Counted from the stretch's first letter, positions 50,523 to 60,939 are shown. The stretch is DNA of 64,000 bases from Vibrio sp. (GCF_048266485.1 NZ_JBLWZK010000008.1:39763-103762); one strand, 5' to 3'. The notes: generated from the sequence alone by a model not told the origin. Numbers and translations are program-made.

Positions 50523-51404
50523 ATGAATATTAACAACGAACTTGTTTATGAGCTTATATCTGCCCAGTTTCCGCAGTGGTCTAATTTACCCATCCGTCCC
50601 GTAGAAATGAGTGGATGGGATAATCGTACTTTTCATTTAGGTGGCGATATGCTCGTGCGCTTACCAAGTGCTGCGCATTACGCCTGTCAAGTCGAGAAAG
50701 AACAGGAATGGCTGCCAAAACTCGCGCCGTTCCTATCCCAAAAGATACCCACCCCGTTAGGCCTGGGGAAACCGACTGAACGTTATCCTTGGAAATGGTC
50801 TGTTTACCGTTGGATAAAAGGGAAAACTGTCGTTGCTTCTACTGAAATCGACCTTACTGTACTCGCTGAAGATTTAGCTAATTTTCTTATCAATTTTCAG
50901 GCTATAGACCTAAAAGGTGGGCCAGCTCCGGGGGCTCAAAACTTTTATCGTGGTGGTTCTATTGCTGTATACGATTCAGAAACCCGGCAGGCAATCAGTG
51001 CATTAAATGGAAAAATCGATTCGAATCTGGTTACTGAAATATGGAAGTCCGGCAGCTCTCAAACCTGGCAGAAAGAACCGGTTTGGGTTCATGGAGATAT
51101 CAGTGCGGGTAACCTGTTAATCAATAATGGTAGACTGGATGCTGTTATTGATTTTGGCCAGTTATGCATAGGTGACCCAGCATGTGATTTCGTCATTGCT
51201 TGGACATTATTTGATGCTGATAGCAGGCAGGTATTCCATGATATCCTTTTGCCTGATGCGCAGACCTGGGCAAGGGCGCGCGCCTGGGCGTTATGGAAGT
51301 CTTTGATAGTCATGCTTAACACAAACCAAACTAATGCGGTCGAGGCAAAGCAGGCACATCGAACATTCGAGAATATTCTTGCGGAGTATAGTTTAAACCA
51401 CTAA
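50523..51404 (+). CDS. Aminoglycoside phosphotransferase / choline-kinase-like family protein
   Basis: SGWDNRTFHLG, LVRLP, HGDISAGNLL (Brenner motif), VIDFG and GDPACD motifs. Start at 50523. Confidence 0.88.
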   Translation: MNINNELVYELISAQFPQWSNLPIRPVEMSGWDNRTFHLGGDMLVRLPSAAHYACQVEKEQEWLPKLAPFLSQKIPTPLGLGKPTERYPWKWSVYRWIKGKTVVASTEIDLTVLAEDLANFLINFQAIDLKGGPAPGAQNFYRGGSIAVYDSETRQAISALNGKIDSNLVTEIWKSGSSQTWQKEPVWVHGDISAGNLLINNGRLDAVIDFGQLCIGDPACDFVIAWTLFDADSRQVFHDILLPDAQTWARARAWALWKSLIVMLNTNQTNAVEAKQAHRTFENILAEYSLNH

Positions 51405-51626
51405 CAGTTAAAATAAGGCATGCGCCTAAAAGGATTATTTAATGAACAATCAAAAAGAAATAATGACATATTATATTGCCGAGTCTAAAGATAATTATTT
51501 TGTGCATGGCAGCCCTCCGATAGAGACGATTGAAGTTGTGGATTATGATATTTATCAAAAAATTTTCCAATCCCTTGATTATTTAGATAGCGAAGACGCA
51601 TAGCGTCTCCATAGATAATCCAGCCG

Positions 51627-51828
51627 TACACCTCTCTACCCCTCAATAGTCTACTTATCTCCACACTGATAACAACACTGGCAACAATAAAAATAAACCA
51701 TATTAAAACAACAGCTTAAATAAAAAAACCCAGTACCTAGTTGGAGGTATTTGTCTTTTTACCCTTGCGTAAGGACAAAGTGCTTCTTGATCAAAATCAA
51801 TATTCCTATTCTTTATCCTACCTATTCT
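51627..51828 (+). promoter_or_regulatory. narG promoter: NarL heptamers, IHF site, FNR box and -10
   Basis: TACCCCT at 51637-51643, IHF-like AAACAACAGCTTA at 51706-51718, 7-2-7 TACCTAG-TT-GGAGGTA at 51734-51749, perfect FNR TTGAT-CAAA-ATCAA at 51787-51800, and -10 TATTCT at 51823-51828. Confidence 0.85.
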
Positions 51829-51898
51829 GCTCGTGATAACCAATGTCAATATAAATACATATAACTACAGGTGAAAAACCTGATGAGGAGATCTCCGG

Positions 51899-54800
51899 AT
51901 GAGCAAATTTCTTGACCGGTTTCGTTACTTTAAGCAGCTCGGTGAAACCTTTTCAAATGATCATGGCCAAACATTAAAGACCAATCGCGATTGGGAAAAT
52001 AGCTATCGTAGTCGTTGGCAACATGACAAAATTGTTCGATCCACTCACGGCGTTAACTGTACCGGCTCTTGTAGCTGGAAAATTTATGTCAAAAATGGCC
52101 TAGTAACTTGGGAAACTCAACAAACCGATTATCCAAGAACTCGTCCAGATCTTCCAAACCACGAACCTCGTGGCTGTCCTCGTGGCGCAAGCTACTCTTG
52201 GTACCTTTACAGTGCCAACCGTGTAAAATACCCAATGATCCGTAAACGTTTGTTGAAACTATGGCAAGAAGCCAAACAACAACATAACGATCCAGTTGAT
52301 GCTTGGAAATCCATCACTTCAGATCCCGCAAAAATGCAGCAATACAAAAAAGCGCGTGGTCGTGGTGGATTTGTTCGCGCAAACTGGGCAGAAGTGAATG
52401 AGTTAATTGCTGCGGCAAACGTTCACACAGCCAAAGAACATGGTCCAGACCGTATCGCTGGTTTCTCACCAATCCCAGCTATGTCTATGGTGTCATATGC
52501 TTCTGGTGCTCGTTACTTATCGCTTATCGGTGGTACATGTTTAAGCTTCTACGATTGGTATTGTGATTTACCACCTGCCTCTCCAATGACTTGGGGCGAG
52601 CAAACGGATGTGCCCGAATCTGCAGATTGGTACAATTCTTCATACATCATTGCTTGGGGTTCAAACGTTCCACAAACACGTACGCCTGATGCCCACTTCT
52701 TCACCGAAGTTCGTTATAAAGGGACAAAAACTGTTGCGGTAACCCCTGATTACGCTGAAGTAGCCAAATTATGTGACCATTGGTTAAATCCAAAGCAAGG
52801 TACTGACAGCGCGATGGCATTGGCAATGGGTCATGTTTTATTAACTGAATTCCACACGAAACGCCAAGTGGAATACTTCAAGAACTACACTCAACAATAT
52901 ACAGATATGCCAATGTTGGTTGAGTTAGAAAAACGCGAAGACGGTACTTTTGTTCCTGGACGCCAATTACGCGCATCTGATTTGGTCGATAACCTTGGTC
53001 AAGATAACAATCCTGAATGGAAAACCATTGCCATTGATGACGCAACGGGCGAACTGATTGCACCACAAGGCTCAATTGGTTACCGCTGGGGTGAAGATGG
53101 CAAATGGAACCTTGAGCAAAAAGATGGCAAAACCGATCAAGAAAGAAACCTACGTTTAAGCTTGGTGGATTCTTGTGATGAAGTGGTTAATGTTGGCTTC
53201 CCTTACTTTGGTGGCCTACCAAGTGAGCACTTTAAAAATGTGGAACTTAATGATGTTATTCAACATAAACTGCCTGCTAAGCGCCTAACTAATGCGCAAG
53301 GCAATGACATTTTAGTCACCAGTGTTTACGACCTCACCATGGCAAACTATGGTGTTGATCGTGGCTTAAATGATGAAAATTGTGCAACAACCTACAGTGA
53401 AGTAAAAGCCTATTCTCCGGCTTGGGCTGAGCAAGTTACTGGCGTTAAACAAGAAGAAATCATCAAAATTGCACGTGAGTTTGGTGAAAATGCTGAAAAA
53501 ACTCGTGGCCGCTCTATGGTCATCGTTGGTGCAGGCCTGAACCACTGGTTCCACATGGATATGTCTTACCGAGGCATCATCAACATGTTGGTATTTTGTG
53601 GTTGTGTTGGTCAAAGTGGTGGCGGTTGGTCACATTATGTCGGTCAGGAAAAACTGCGTCCACAAACTGGCTGGCAACCTCTTGCCTTTGGTCTAGATTG
53701 GCAAAAACCGCCTCGTCATATGAATGGTACGTCTTTCTTCTACAACCATTCAAGTCAATGGCGTTATGAGACAGTGAACTCAAATGATCTTCTTTCTCCA
53801 TTAGCAGATAAATCTCGCTACAGCGAAAGTTTGCTTGATATGAATGTAAAAGCAGAACGTTTAGGCTGGTTACCGTCTTCTCCACAATTCGACATTAACC
53901 CTCTGACCGTGGCAAAAAAAGCAGAAGCAGAAGGCTTAAGTGCTGAAGATTACATGGTGAAAAACTTAAAAGATGGCAGTATCAAGTTCGCCTCTGAGCA
54001 GCCTGAAGATCACTACCCTCGTAACTTATTTATCTGGCGTTCCAACCTATTAGGTTCTTCCGGTAAAGGCCATGAATACATGCTGAAGTACTTATTAGGT
54101 ACTGAGAATGGCGTTCAAGGTAAAGATCTTGGTGAGCAAGGCAAAGTAAAACCAGAAGAAATTGAATGGAAAGATACCGGCACTGAAGGCAAGTTAGATC
54201 TTGTTGTAACGCTTGATTTCCGTATGTCGAGCACGTGCTTATTCTCTGACATCGTTCTGCCTACTGCGACTTGGTATGAAAAAGATGACATGAATACATC
54301 AGACATGCATCCATTCATTCACCCTCTTTCAGCCGCTGTTGATCCGGCTTGGGAAGCAAAAAGTGACTGGGAAATCTACAAAGGCATTGCGAAGAAATTC
54401 TCAGAAGTCTGTGTGGGCCATCTCGGTGTTGAAACCGATCTTGTTTCATTGCCAATCCAACATGATTCAAATGCTGAAATTGCTCAGCCATTTGATGTGC
54501 GAGATTGGAAAAAAGGCGAATGTGACCTTATCCCAGGTAAAACAGCGCCACACCTAAAAACCGTGGTTCGTGATTATCCAAATACTTATGAACGCTTCAC
54601 CTCCCTTGGTCCAATTTTGGATGAGCAAGGTAATGGCGGTAAAGGTATTAATTGGGAAACTCAAGTTGAAGTCGATTTCCTAAAAGAGCTGAACTACACC
54701 AAAACAAAAGGGGCAGCTGAAGGACGTCCATTAATTGAAAGCGCGATTGATGCCGCTGAAGTTATCTTATCTCTCGCACCTGAAACTAATGGTCAAGTGG

Positions 54801-55675
54801 CGGTGAAAGCTTGGAGCGCATTAAGTGAGAAAACCGGTATTGACCACACTCACCTTGCAACCAATAAAGAAGACGAAAAAATTCGCTTCCGTGATATTCA
54901 AGCACAACCACGTAAGATCATTTCAAGCCCGACTTGGTCTGGTTTAGAGGATGAACATGTATCTTATAACGCATGTTATACCAACGTACATGAGCTGATC
55001 CCATGGCGTACGCTATCAGGCCGTCAACAGTTGTATCAAGATCACCAATGGATGCGTGATTTCGGTGAAAGCTTAGTCGCTTATCGCCCGCCAGTTGATA
55101 CTCGTTCAGTACAAAGCGAAATCAATAGAAAGAGTAATGGCAACCCTGAAAAAGCGTTGAATTTCATTACTCCACACCAAAAATGGGGCATTCACTCAAC
55201 GTACAGTGAAAACCTATTGATGCTGACGCTTTCTCGCGGTGGTCCGATTGTTTGGATGAGTGAAGATGATGCGAAACAGCTTGGTATTGAAGATAACGAT
55301 TGGATCGAAGCCTTTAATAGCAATGGCGCATTGACTGCTCGTGCTGTTGTTAGCCAACGTGTTCCAGAAGGTATGGTGATGATGTATCACGCCCAAGAAC
55401 GTTTAGTGAATATTCCTGGTTCGGAAATCACACAACAACGTGGCGGTATCCATAACTCCGTGACTCGTATTACACCAAAACCGACGCATATGATTGGTGG
55501 TTACGCTCAGCAATCTTACGGATTTAACTATTACGGAACGGTGGGTTCTAACCGTGATGAGTTCGTTGTGGTTCGTAAGATGAAAGACGTGAAATGGCTA
55601 GATGACGAAAATAACGACTATGGCCAAGAAAAAGCCATTGCTCAAGCTTCAACAAAAACTGGACAGGAGAAATAA
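51899..55675 (+). CDS. narG: Respiratory nitrate reductase alpha subunit
   Basis: MSKFLDRFRYF, STHGVNCTGSCSW...PRGCPRG and TPHQKWGIHSTY motifs. Confidence 0.99.
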   Translation: MSKFLDRFRYFKQLGETFSNDHGQTLKTNRDWENSYRSRWQHDKIVRSTHGVNCTGSCSWKIYVKNGLVTWETQQTDYPRTRPDLPNHEPRGCPRGASYSWYLYSANRVKYPMIRKRLLKLWQEAKQQHNDPVDAWKSITSDPAKMQQYKKARGRGGFVRANWAEVNELIAAANVHTAKEHGPDRIAGFSPIPAMSMVSYASGARYLSLIGGTCLSFYDWYCDLPPASPMTWGEQTDVPESADWYNSSYIIAWGSNVPQTRTPDAHFFTEVRYKGTKTVAVTPDYAEVAKLCDHWLNPKQGTDSAMALAMGHVLLTEFHTKRQVEYFKNYTQQYTDMPMLVELEKREDGTFVPGRQLRASDLVDNLGQDNNPEWKTIAIDDATGELIAPQGSIGYRWGEDGKWNLEQKDGKTDQERNLRLSLVDSCDEVVNVGFPYFGGLPSEHFKNVELNDVIQHKLPAKRLTNAQGNDILVTSVYDLTMANYGVDRGLNDENCATTYSEVKAYSPAWAEQVTGVKQEEIIKIAREFGENAEKTRGRSMVIVGAGLNHWFHMDMSYRGIINMLVFCGCVGQSGGGWSHYVGQEKLRPQTGWQPLAFGLDWQKPPRHMNGTSFFYNHSSQWRYETVNSNDLLSPLADKSRYSESLLDMNVKAERLGWLPSSPQFDINPLTVAKKAEAEGLSAEDYMVKNLKDGSIKFASEQPEDHYPRNLFIWRSNLLGSSGKGHEYMLKYLLGTENGVQGKDLGEQGKVKPEEIEWKDTGTEGKLDLVVTLDFRMSSTCLFSDIVLPTATWYEKDDMNTSDMHPFIHPLSAAVDPAWEAKSDWEIYKGIAKKFSEVCVGHLGVETDLVSLPIQHDSNAEIAQPFDVRDWKKGECDLIPGKTAPHLKTVVRDYPNTYERFTSLGPILDEQGNGGKGINWETQVEVDFLKELNYTKTKGAAEGRPLIESAIDAAEVILSLAPETNGQVAVKAWSALSEKTGIDHTHLATNKEDEKIRFRDIQAQPRKIISSPTWSGLEDEHVSYNACYTNVHELIPWRTLSGRQQLYQDHQWMRDFGESLVAYRPPVDTRSVQSEINRKSNGNPEKALNFITPHQKWGIHSTYSENLLMLTLSRGGPIVWMSEDDAKQLGIEDNDWIEAFNSNGALTARAVVSQRVPEGMVMMYHAQERLVNIPGSEITQQRGGIHNSVTRITPKPTHMIGGYAQQSYGFNYYGTVGSNRDEFVVVRKMKDVKWLDDENNDYGQEKAIAQASTKTGQEK

Positions 55676-55677
55676 GC

Positions 55678-57273
55678 ATGAAAATCCGTTCTCAAGTCGG
55701 CATGGTGCTTAACCTAGACAAATGTATTGGCTGTCACACCTGTTCAGTCACTTGTAAAAATGTATGGACCAGCCGTGAAGGTATGGAATACGCCTGGTTC
55801 AACAACGTCGAGAGTAAACCTGGTGTGGGTTACCCGGCAAACTGGGAAGACCAAGACCAATGGAAAGGTGGCTGGATCCGTAAAATCAATGGAAAGTTAG
55901 AACCAAGAATGGGCAGCAAGGTTGGCGTATTGTCAAAACTATTCAATAACCCAGATATGCCATCGATTGATGATTATTACGAACCGTTTACTTTCGATTA
56001 TGAGCATCTACAAAATGCCAAAGAAAGCAAACATCAGCCTATTGCTCGTCCACGTTCGTTGATCACTGGCCAACGTATGGACAAAATTGAAAATGGTCCA
56101 AACTGGGAAGAAATTCTTGGTGGTGAGTATTCAAAACGTTCCAAAGATTACAACTTAAACACATTTGGTTTCGAGCAAAAACAAAAAGAAATGGTCGGTG
56201 AATTCGAAAACACCTTCATGATGTATTTGCCTCGTCTGTGCGAGCACTGTTTAAACCCAGCCTGTGTGGCAACTTGTCCTAGTGGCTCAATCTACAAGCG
56301 TGAAGAAGACGGCATTGTCTTGATCGACCAAGATAAATGTCGTGGCTGGCGGATGTGTTTAACTGGTTGTCCATATAAGAAAATCTACTTCAACTGGAAA
56401 TCAGGAAAATCTGAAAAATGTCTTTTCTGTTACCCACGAATTGAAGCTGGTCAACCAACGGTATGTTCCGAAACTTGTGTTGGTCGTATCCGTTATTTGG
56501 GTGTGATGCTTTATGACGCCGACAAAATTGAACAAGCAGCATCAACCGAAAACGTCACCGATCTTTACCAAGAACAGTTGAATGTTTTCCTCGATCCTAA
56601 TGACCCTGAAGTGATTAAAGAGGCACAGGCTCAAGGGATCCCGATGAGCACAATAGAAGCAGCGCAAAAATCACCAGTCTATAAAATGGCAGTTGATTGG
56701 AAATTGGCACTACCGCTTCACCCAGAATATCGCACCCTTCCTATGGTGTGGTATGTGCCACCACTATCACCAATTCAATCAGTAACGGATGCAGGCGTAC
56801 TGGATGGTGATGGCGTGTTGCCTGAAATTGAACGTTTACGTATTCCCGTAAAATACTTAGCAAATTTATTAACGGCAGGTGACGAAAAGCCGGTACTGAA
56901 CGCGTTAAAACGTATGCTTGCAATGCGTCATTATAAACGCTCAGAAACCGTTGATGGTGTGATTGATACATCTGCACTAGAAGAAACAGGCCTCACTGAA
57001 GCACAAGCGAAAGAAATGTATCGCTACCTAGCCATTGCCAACTACGAAGATCGATTTGTGATCCCAGCAAGTCATCGTGAAATGGCAAAAGAGTCTTTCC
57101 CTGATTCTTTTGATAACAAAGGTGCTTTTGCTGAGAAAAGTAGTTGTGGCTTTAGCTTTGGTGACGGATGTCATGGGGGCGGAAGCGACAATAAATTCAA
57201 CCTATTTGATAGTAAACGTATTGATGCCATTAACATCGAGCCTCAAACATCAAACAAAAATGGAGTGGAATAA
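55678..57273 (+). CDS. narH: Nitrate reductase beta subunit
   Basis: CIGCHTCSVTC, CEHCLNPAC, CRGWRMCLTGCP and CLFCYPR Fe-S motifs. Confidence 0.99.
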   Translation: MKIRSQVGMVLNLDKCIGCHTCSVTCKNVWTSREGMEYAWFNNVESKPGVGYPANWEDQDQWKGGWIRKINGKLEPRMGSKVGVLSKLFNNPDMPSIDDYYEPFTFDYEHLQNAKESKHQPIARPRSLITGQRMDKIENGPNWEEILGGEYSKRSKDYNLNTFGFEQKQKEMVGEFENTFMMYLPRLCEHCLNPACVATCPSGSIYKREEDGIVLIDQDKCRGWRMCLTGCPYKKIYFNWKSGKSEKCLFCYPRIEAGQPTVCSETCVGRIRYLGVMLYDADKIEQAASTENVTDLYQEQLNVFLDPNDPEVIKEAQAQGIPMSTIEAAQKSPVYKMAVDWKLALPLHPEYRTLPMVWYVPPLSPIQSVTDAGVLDGDGVLPEIERLRIPVKYLANLLTAGDEKPVLNALKRMLAMRHYKRSETVDGVIDTSALEETGLTEAQAKEMYRYLAIANYEDRFVIPASHREMAKESFPDSFDNKGAFAEKSSCGFSFGDGCHGGGSDNKFNLFDSKRIDAINIEPQTSNKNGVE

Positions 57274-58010
57274 TGGAAAATCTAAAAATTATTTCATTAT
57301 TACTTGAATATCCAGATCATGAGATCTGGTTACACAGAGACGAGTTGATGAAAGACATTTCAGAAATGCTGTTTCTTAGCCCTGCTCAAATGAGTCGTTT
57401 ATATACCTTCATTGAAGAACTAACAGAGCAAGATTTATTAGATGCTCAATCTAACTATATCGAATTATTCGACCGAGGCCGTTCACTATCATTGTTATTG
57501 TTTGAACACGTACATGGTGAATCAAGAGATCGTGGTCAAGCCATGATCGACTTGATGGAACAATACAAAACGGTAGGCTTACAAATCGAAAGCATCGAAT
57601 TACCTGATTATTTACCGGTTTATCTTGAGTATTTATCGACACAAACTCGTGAAGAAGCCACCCAAGGATTGGCCGATATTGCCCCCATCTTGGCCCTACT
57701 TGGTGCTCGTTTAAAAAAACGCGGCAGTAAATACCAACATTTATTTACGTTACTACTTGAATTATCAGGTACAAAAGTACGCCCGAAACATTTAAATAAT
57801 AATGTAGAAAAAGAAGATCGTGATGATACACCAGAAGCTTTAGATGCCGTTTGGGAAGAGGAACAAATCAAATTCTTAGGTGAAGAAGGCTGTGCTTCTG
57901 CTGAGCAAAACATGCATCAAAAGCGTTTTTCCGACAGTGTACAACCCCAATATATCAGCTTAGATTCATTGCCATTAAGCTCTAACTCAGCCACTGGAGG
58001 ACAATTATGA
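57273..58010 (+). CDS. narJ: Nitrate reductase chaperone
   Basis: [26 protein letters not shown] and ELPDYLP motifs. Confidence 0.97.
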   Translation: MENLKIISLLLEYPDHEIWLHRDELMKDISEMLFLSPAQMSRLYTFIEELTEQDLLDAQSNYIELFDRGRSLSLLLFEHVHGESRDRGQAMIDLMEQYKTVGLQIESIELPDYLPVYLEYLSTQTREEATQGLADIAPILALLGARLKKRGSKYQHLFTLLLELSGTKVRPKHLNNNVEKEDRDDTPEALDAVWEEEQIKFLGEEGCASAEQNMHQKRFSDSVQPQYISLDSLPLSSNSATGGQL

Positions 58011-58696
58011 GTTTTCTAAATACCTTCTTTTTTGACGTGTATCCTTATATTGCCAGTGCTGTATTTTTCATTGGTAGTTGGATCCGTTATGACTACGCAC
58101 AATACACATGGCGTGCAGGTTCAAGCCAAATGCTCACTAGCCGTGATGATAAGCGTTATATGCGTATTGCTTCCAATTTATTCCACGTAGGCATCTTGGG
58201 AATTTTTGCTGGTCACTTTGTCGGTATGCTAACCCCGCATTGGATGTATGCGCCATTTATCACCATTGCCGCGAAACAAAAACTGGCTATGATTGCTGGT
58301 GGGGCTTGTGGTTTGATGACGGTGACCGGTGGCGCGATGCTACTTAAACGTCGCTTGACTAACTCACGCGTTCGCGCAACATCTAGCTTTGCTGATATCG
58401 GCATTCTAACGCTATTGGTGATCCAAGCAACCCTCGGTGTTCTAACTATTCCATTCTCTGCACAACATATGGATGGCAGTGAAATGATGAAATTAGTTGG
58501 CTGGGCACAATCAGTAATGACGTTTGGTGCCGATTCTTCTGCTCACTTAGATGGGGTTGCTATAATATTTCGAGTTCATATAGTGTTAGGTATGACTCTG
58601 TTCTTGTTATTCCCATTCTGTCGTTTAGTCCATATTTGGAGTGTACCGGTAGAATACCTCACCCGTAAATATCAGCTTGTTCGTCAACGCCGATAA
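58007..58696 (+). CDS. narI: Nitrate reductase gamma subunit (cytochrome b)
   Basis: [19 protein letters not shown]...GHF, HIVLG and [10 protein letters not shown] motifs. Confidence 0.97.
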   Translation: MSFLNTFFFDVYPYIASAVFFIGSWIRYDYAQYTWRAGSSQMLTSRDDKRYMRIASNLFHVGILGIFAGHFVGMLTPHWMYAPFITIAAKQKLAMIAGGACGLMTVTGGAMLLKRRLTNSRVRATSSFADIGILTLLVIQATLGVLTIPFSAQHMDGSEMMKLVGWAQSVMTFGADSSAHLDGVAIIFRVHIVLGMTLFLLFPFCRLVHIWSVPVEYLTRKYQLVRQRR

Positions 58697-58700
58697 TCAG

Positions 58701-58740
58701 TAAAAAGTGCCGAAATCTTAATCAAGGTTTCGGCACTTTT
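58701..58740. repeat. 40-bp hairpin / bidirectional terminator, copy 2 (right of the nar block)
   Basis: TAAAAAGTGCCGAAATCTTAATCAAGGTTTCGGCACTTTT. Confidence 0.9.
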
Positions 58741-58770
58741 CTTTGAATAACGATCAGCAGCCTTTTGGCT

Positions 58771-59949
58771 CTACTTGCCCATCACCTTTTTATGTACAAG
58801 CCCAGCGATTAAACCCCAAAGTGTCGCTCCGATACCGAACAAGGTAATCCCCGACAAAGTCACTAAAAACGTATATAGCGATGACTCACGTAAACCTTCA
58901 TCTGAAAACGCACTTTGCATGCACATTAATAGCGTTCCAAGTAACGCAAGGCCAGCCAGAATATTTGAAACCTCCTTTGGTAGAGCAAGGAAAATAGTTA
59001 CCACTGCGGTAGCCCATAAACCAGCAATGACATAAAACACGCCCGCCCACATGGCTGAACGGTAACGCTGCGTTCTATCTTCATCTACCTCTTCATTCAT
59101 ACAAATCGCGGCTGAAATCGCGGCAAGGTTTAAACTAAAACCACCAAACGGAGCAAGAAGCATATTAAAAATGCCAGTGCCAATAAACACAGGCTTGCCA
59201 GGTACTTGATATTGATAACTGCGTATCATGGCAAAGCCGGGTAAGTTCTGCGACAGCATGGTAATAATGTAAAGCGGTACGCTTAGGTTAAGCATCGCCA
59301 TCAAATCAAAATCAGGCGTGACCCATACGGGTTTCGCGATATCTAACGAAATACTTTGCCCATCAAATGCACCAGAAAAAATAGCAATCGCCACACCGAC
59401 AATGAGCAATAACATCATGGCATAGCGAGGTAAATAACGTTTCGCGACAAAAAAGGTCACCACCATTAACCCAAATGTTGCAGGGCTAGTCATCACAGGC
59501 GTAAACGCTTTAAGACAAAATGGTATCAAAATAGCTGCCAACATAGCGGTTGCGAGTTGAGATGGGATCTTTTCAATCAAGCGACTAAGGGGAGATATTA
59601 AACCTGTAAGCACAATCAAAAAGCCTGAAATGATAAAAGCACCAATCACTTCAGGTAGAGCGTATTGCCCTACTACCGCCACCAACATTGCCGCACCGGG
59701 GGTTGACCACGACATCAATACCGGCATCTTATAATACCAAGAATAAGCAATCGAGCTTACCCCTACCATTAACCCTAAAACCAATAACCAACTGGCAATT
59801 TCTAAAGGGTTTGCTCCGGCTGCGGTAGCGGCTTGTATGATAATAACAATTGAGCTGGTATAACCGATTAACACTGCAGTAAAACCTGCAGAAATATGGC
59901 TAATATTCCCCCACGACTTTAAGTGATCTAACTTTACATCATCCATCAT
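58771..59949 (-). CDS. BenE/YdcO-family transporter
   Basis: SWSTPGAA, TMLSQNLPG and NLAAISAAIC motifs. The start is approximate. Confidence 0.88.
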   Translation of the reverse strand: MMDDVKLDHLKSWGNISHISAGFTAVLIGYTSSIVIIIQAATAAGANPLEIASWLLVLGLMVGVSSIAYSWYYKMPVLMSWSTPGAAMLVAVVGQYALPEVIGAFIISGFLIVLTGLISPLSRLIEKIPSQLATAMLAAILIPFCLKAFTPVMTSPATFGLMVVTFFVAKRYLPRYAMMLLLIVGVAIAIFSGAFDGQSISLDIAKPVWVTPDFDLMAMLNLSVPLYIITMLSQNLPGFAMIRSYQYQVPGKPVFIGTGIFNMLLAPFGGFSLNLAAISAAICMNEEVDEDRTQRYRSAMWAGVFYVIAGLWATAVVTIFLALPKEVSNILAGLALLGTLLMCMQSAFSDEGLRESSLYTFLVTLSGITLFGIGATLWGLIAGLVHKKVMGK

Positions 59950-60057
59950 TTGCGCCGACTCTTCCTTGTATCCGTGACTCAATTCAAGCCATCATATCCA
60001 AATCTATCTAATCAAGTCACTCTATCTAGCCACTCTACCTAACCAGCAAACAAAGCA

Positions 60058-60939
60058 TTAAAGCTGAATACATTTAAGCTGAGCAATTAACTCTTGGGTA
60101 GCCTTACCCTGTGGATGTTGAGTTGACCAAATAAGATCGATTCCTTGCTTCCATGGCTGAGACTCGAAAGACAACTCTAGTCGCTTTAATTGATTCGAAG
60201 AAACAAAATCGTTGACTACTTGAGCCGGTAATGAAGCCCAACCTAGCCCTTGTTGTAACATAGGTATAGTCGAATGTGCACTTTCTGTACGCCATACTTG
60301 ATCAGACACGCGCCATCTTGGCGTATCTTGATTGTATCGACCAGTGATTAAAAACTGACGGTAGTTCTCTAGCATTTGCCATGTCAGTTTTTCTTCCTTG
60401 GCCAGAGGGTGATCGACACCAGTTACACACCAAAACTCCAAAGAGCCCAACCCATAGACTTCAATTTCTCCGGGATACATCAATTCTAACTGCTGTAAAA
60501 CGGCCAGTTGCGCTCGACCATCACGAATGAATTCTAACACCTCGCTCTCATTCACATGCAAAATTTCTATTTCGACTAATGGATATTGTTGCTCAAAATG
60601 ACACAGAGCTTCAGCCACCGCTTGTGTCATCGCCATTGATTCCACCACCAGCGTGATCTTTTCTTCAACACCCATTTGATAAGCATCAGCTGCCGATAAA
60701 AATATCCCACATTCGTTCAATATTCGCTTAGCGCGTAGTAATAATGCTTCTCCGTGTGACGTCAATTTTGGCGAGCGAGTGGAGCGATCAAACAAACTTA
60801 AATTTAAGTCATCTTCAAGGTTAGCAATTGCGGTACTGATTACTGATTGCGCTTTGCCTAAATGCCGTGCGGCAGCTGAAAATGATCCTTGTTCCGCAGC
60901 GACAACAAATGCTTGTAATTGGTCTATTGAAAATCGCAT
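60058..60939 (-). CDS. LysR regulator divergent from the PACE exporter (AceR-like arrangement)
   Basis: GSFSAAARHLGKAQSVISTAIANLE helix-turn-helix. Confidence 0.9.
   Translation of the reverse strand: MRFSIDQLQAFVVAAEQGSFSAAARHLGKAQSVISTAIANLEDDLNLSLFDRSTRSPKLTSHGEALLLRAKRILNECGIFLSAADAYQMGVEEKITLVVESMAMTQAVAEALCHFEQQYPLVEIEILHVNESEVLEFIRDGRAQLAVLQQLELMYPGEIEVYGLGSLEFWCVTGVDHPLAKEEKLTWQMLENYRQFLITGRYNQDTPRWRVSDQVWRTESAHSTIPMLQQGLGWASLPAQVVNDFVSSNQLKRLELSFESQPWKQGIDLIWSTQHPQGKATQELIAQLKCIQL

Noticed and set aside
49140-51640. attC/VCR sites between the small genes, and likewise at 62960-63626
   Set aside because: No RYYYAAC...GTTRRRY pair at a valid spacing with internal dyad symmetry, and no integrase in the window.
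59995-60045. Imperfect 13-bp tandem (CTCTATCTAGCCA / CTCTACCTAACCA)
   Set aside because: Two to three degenerate units only. Not a CRISPR array or a meaningful VNTR.
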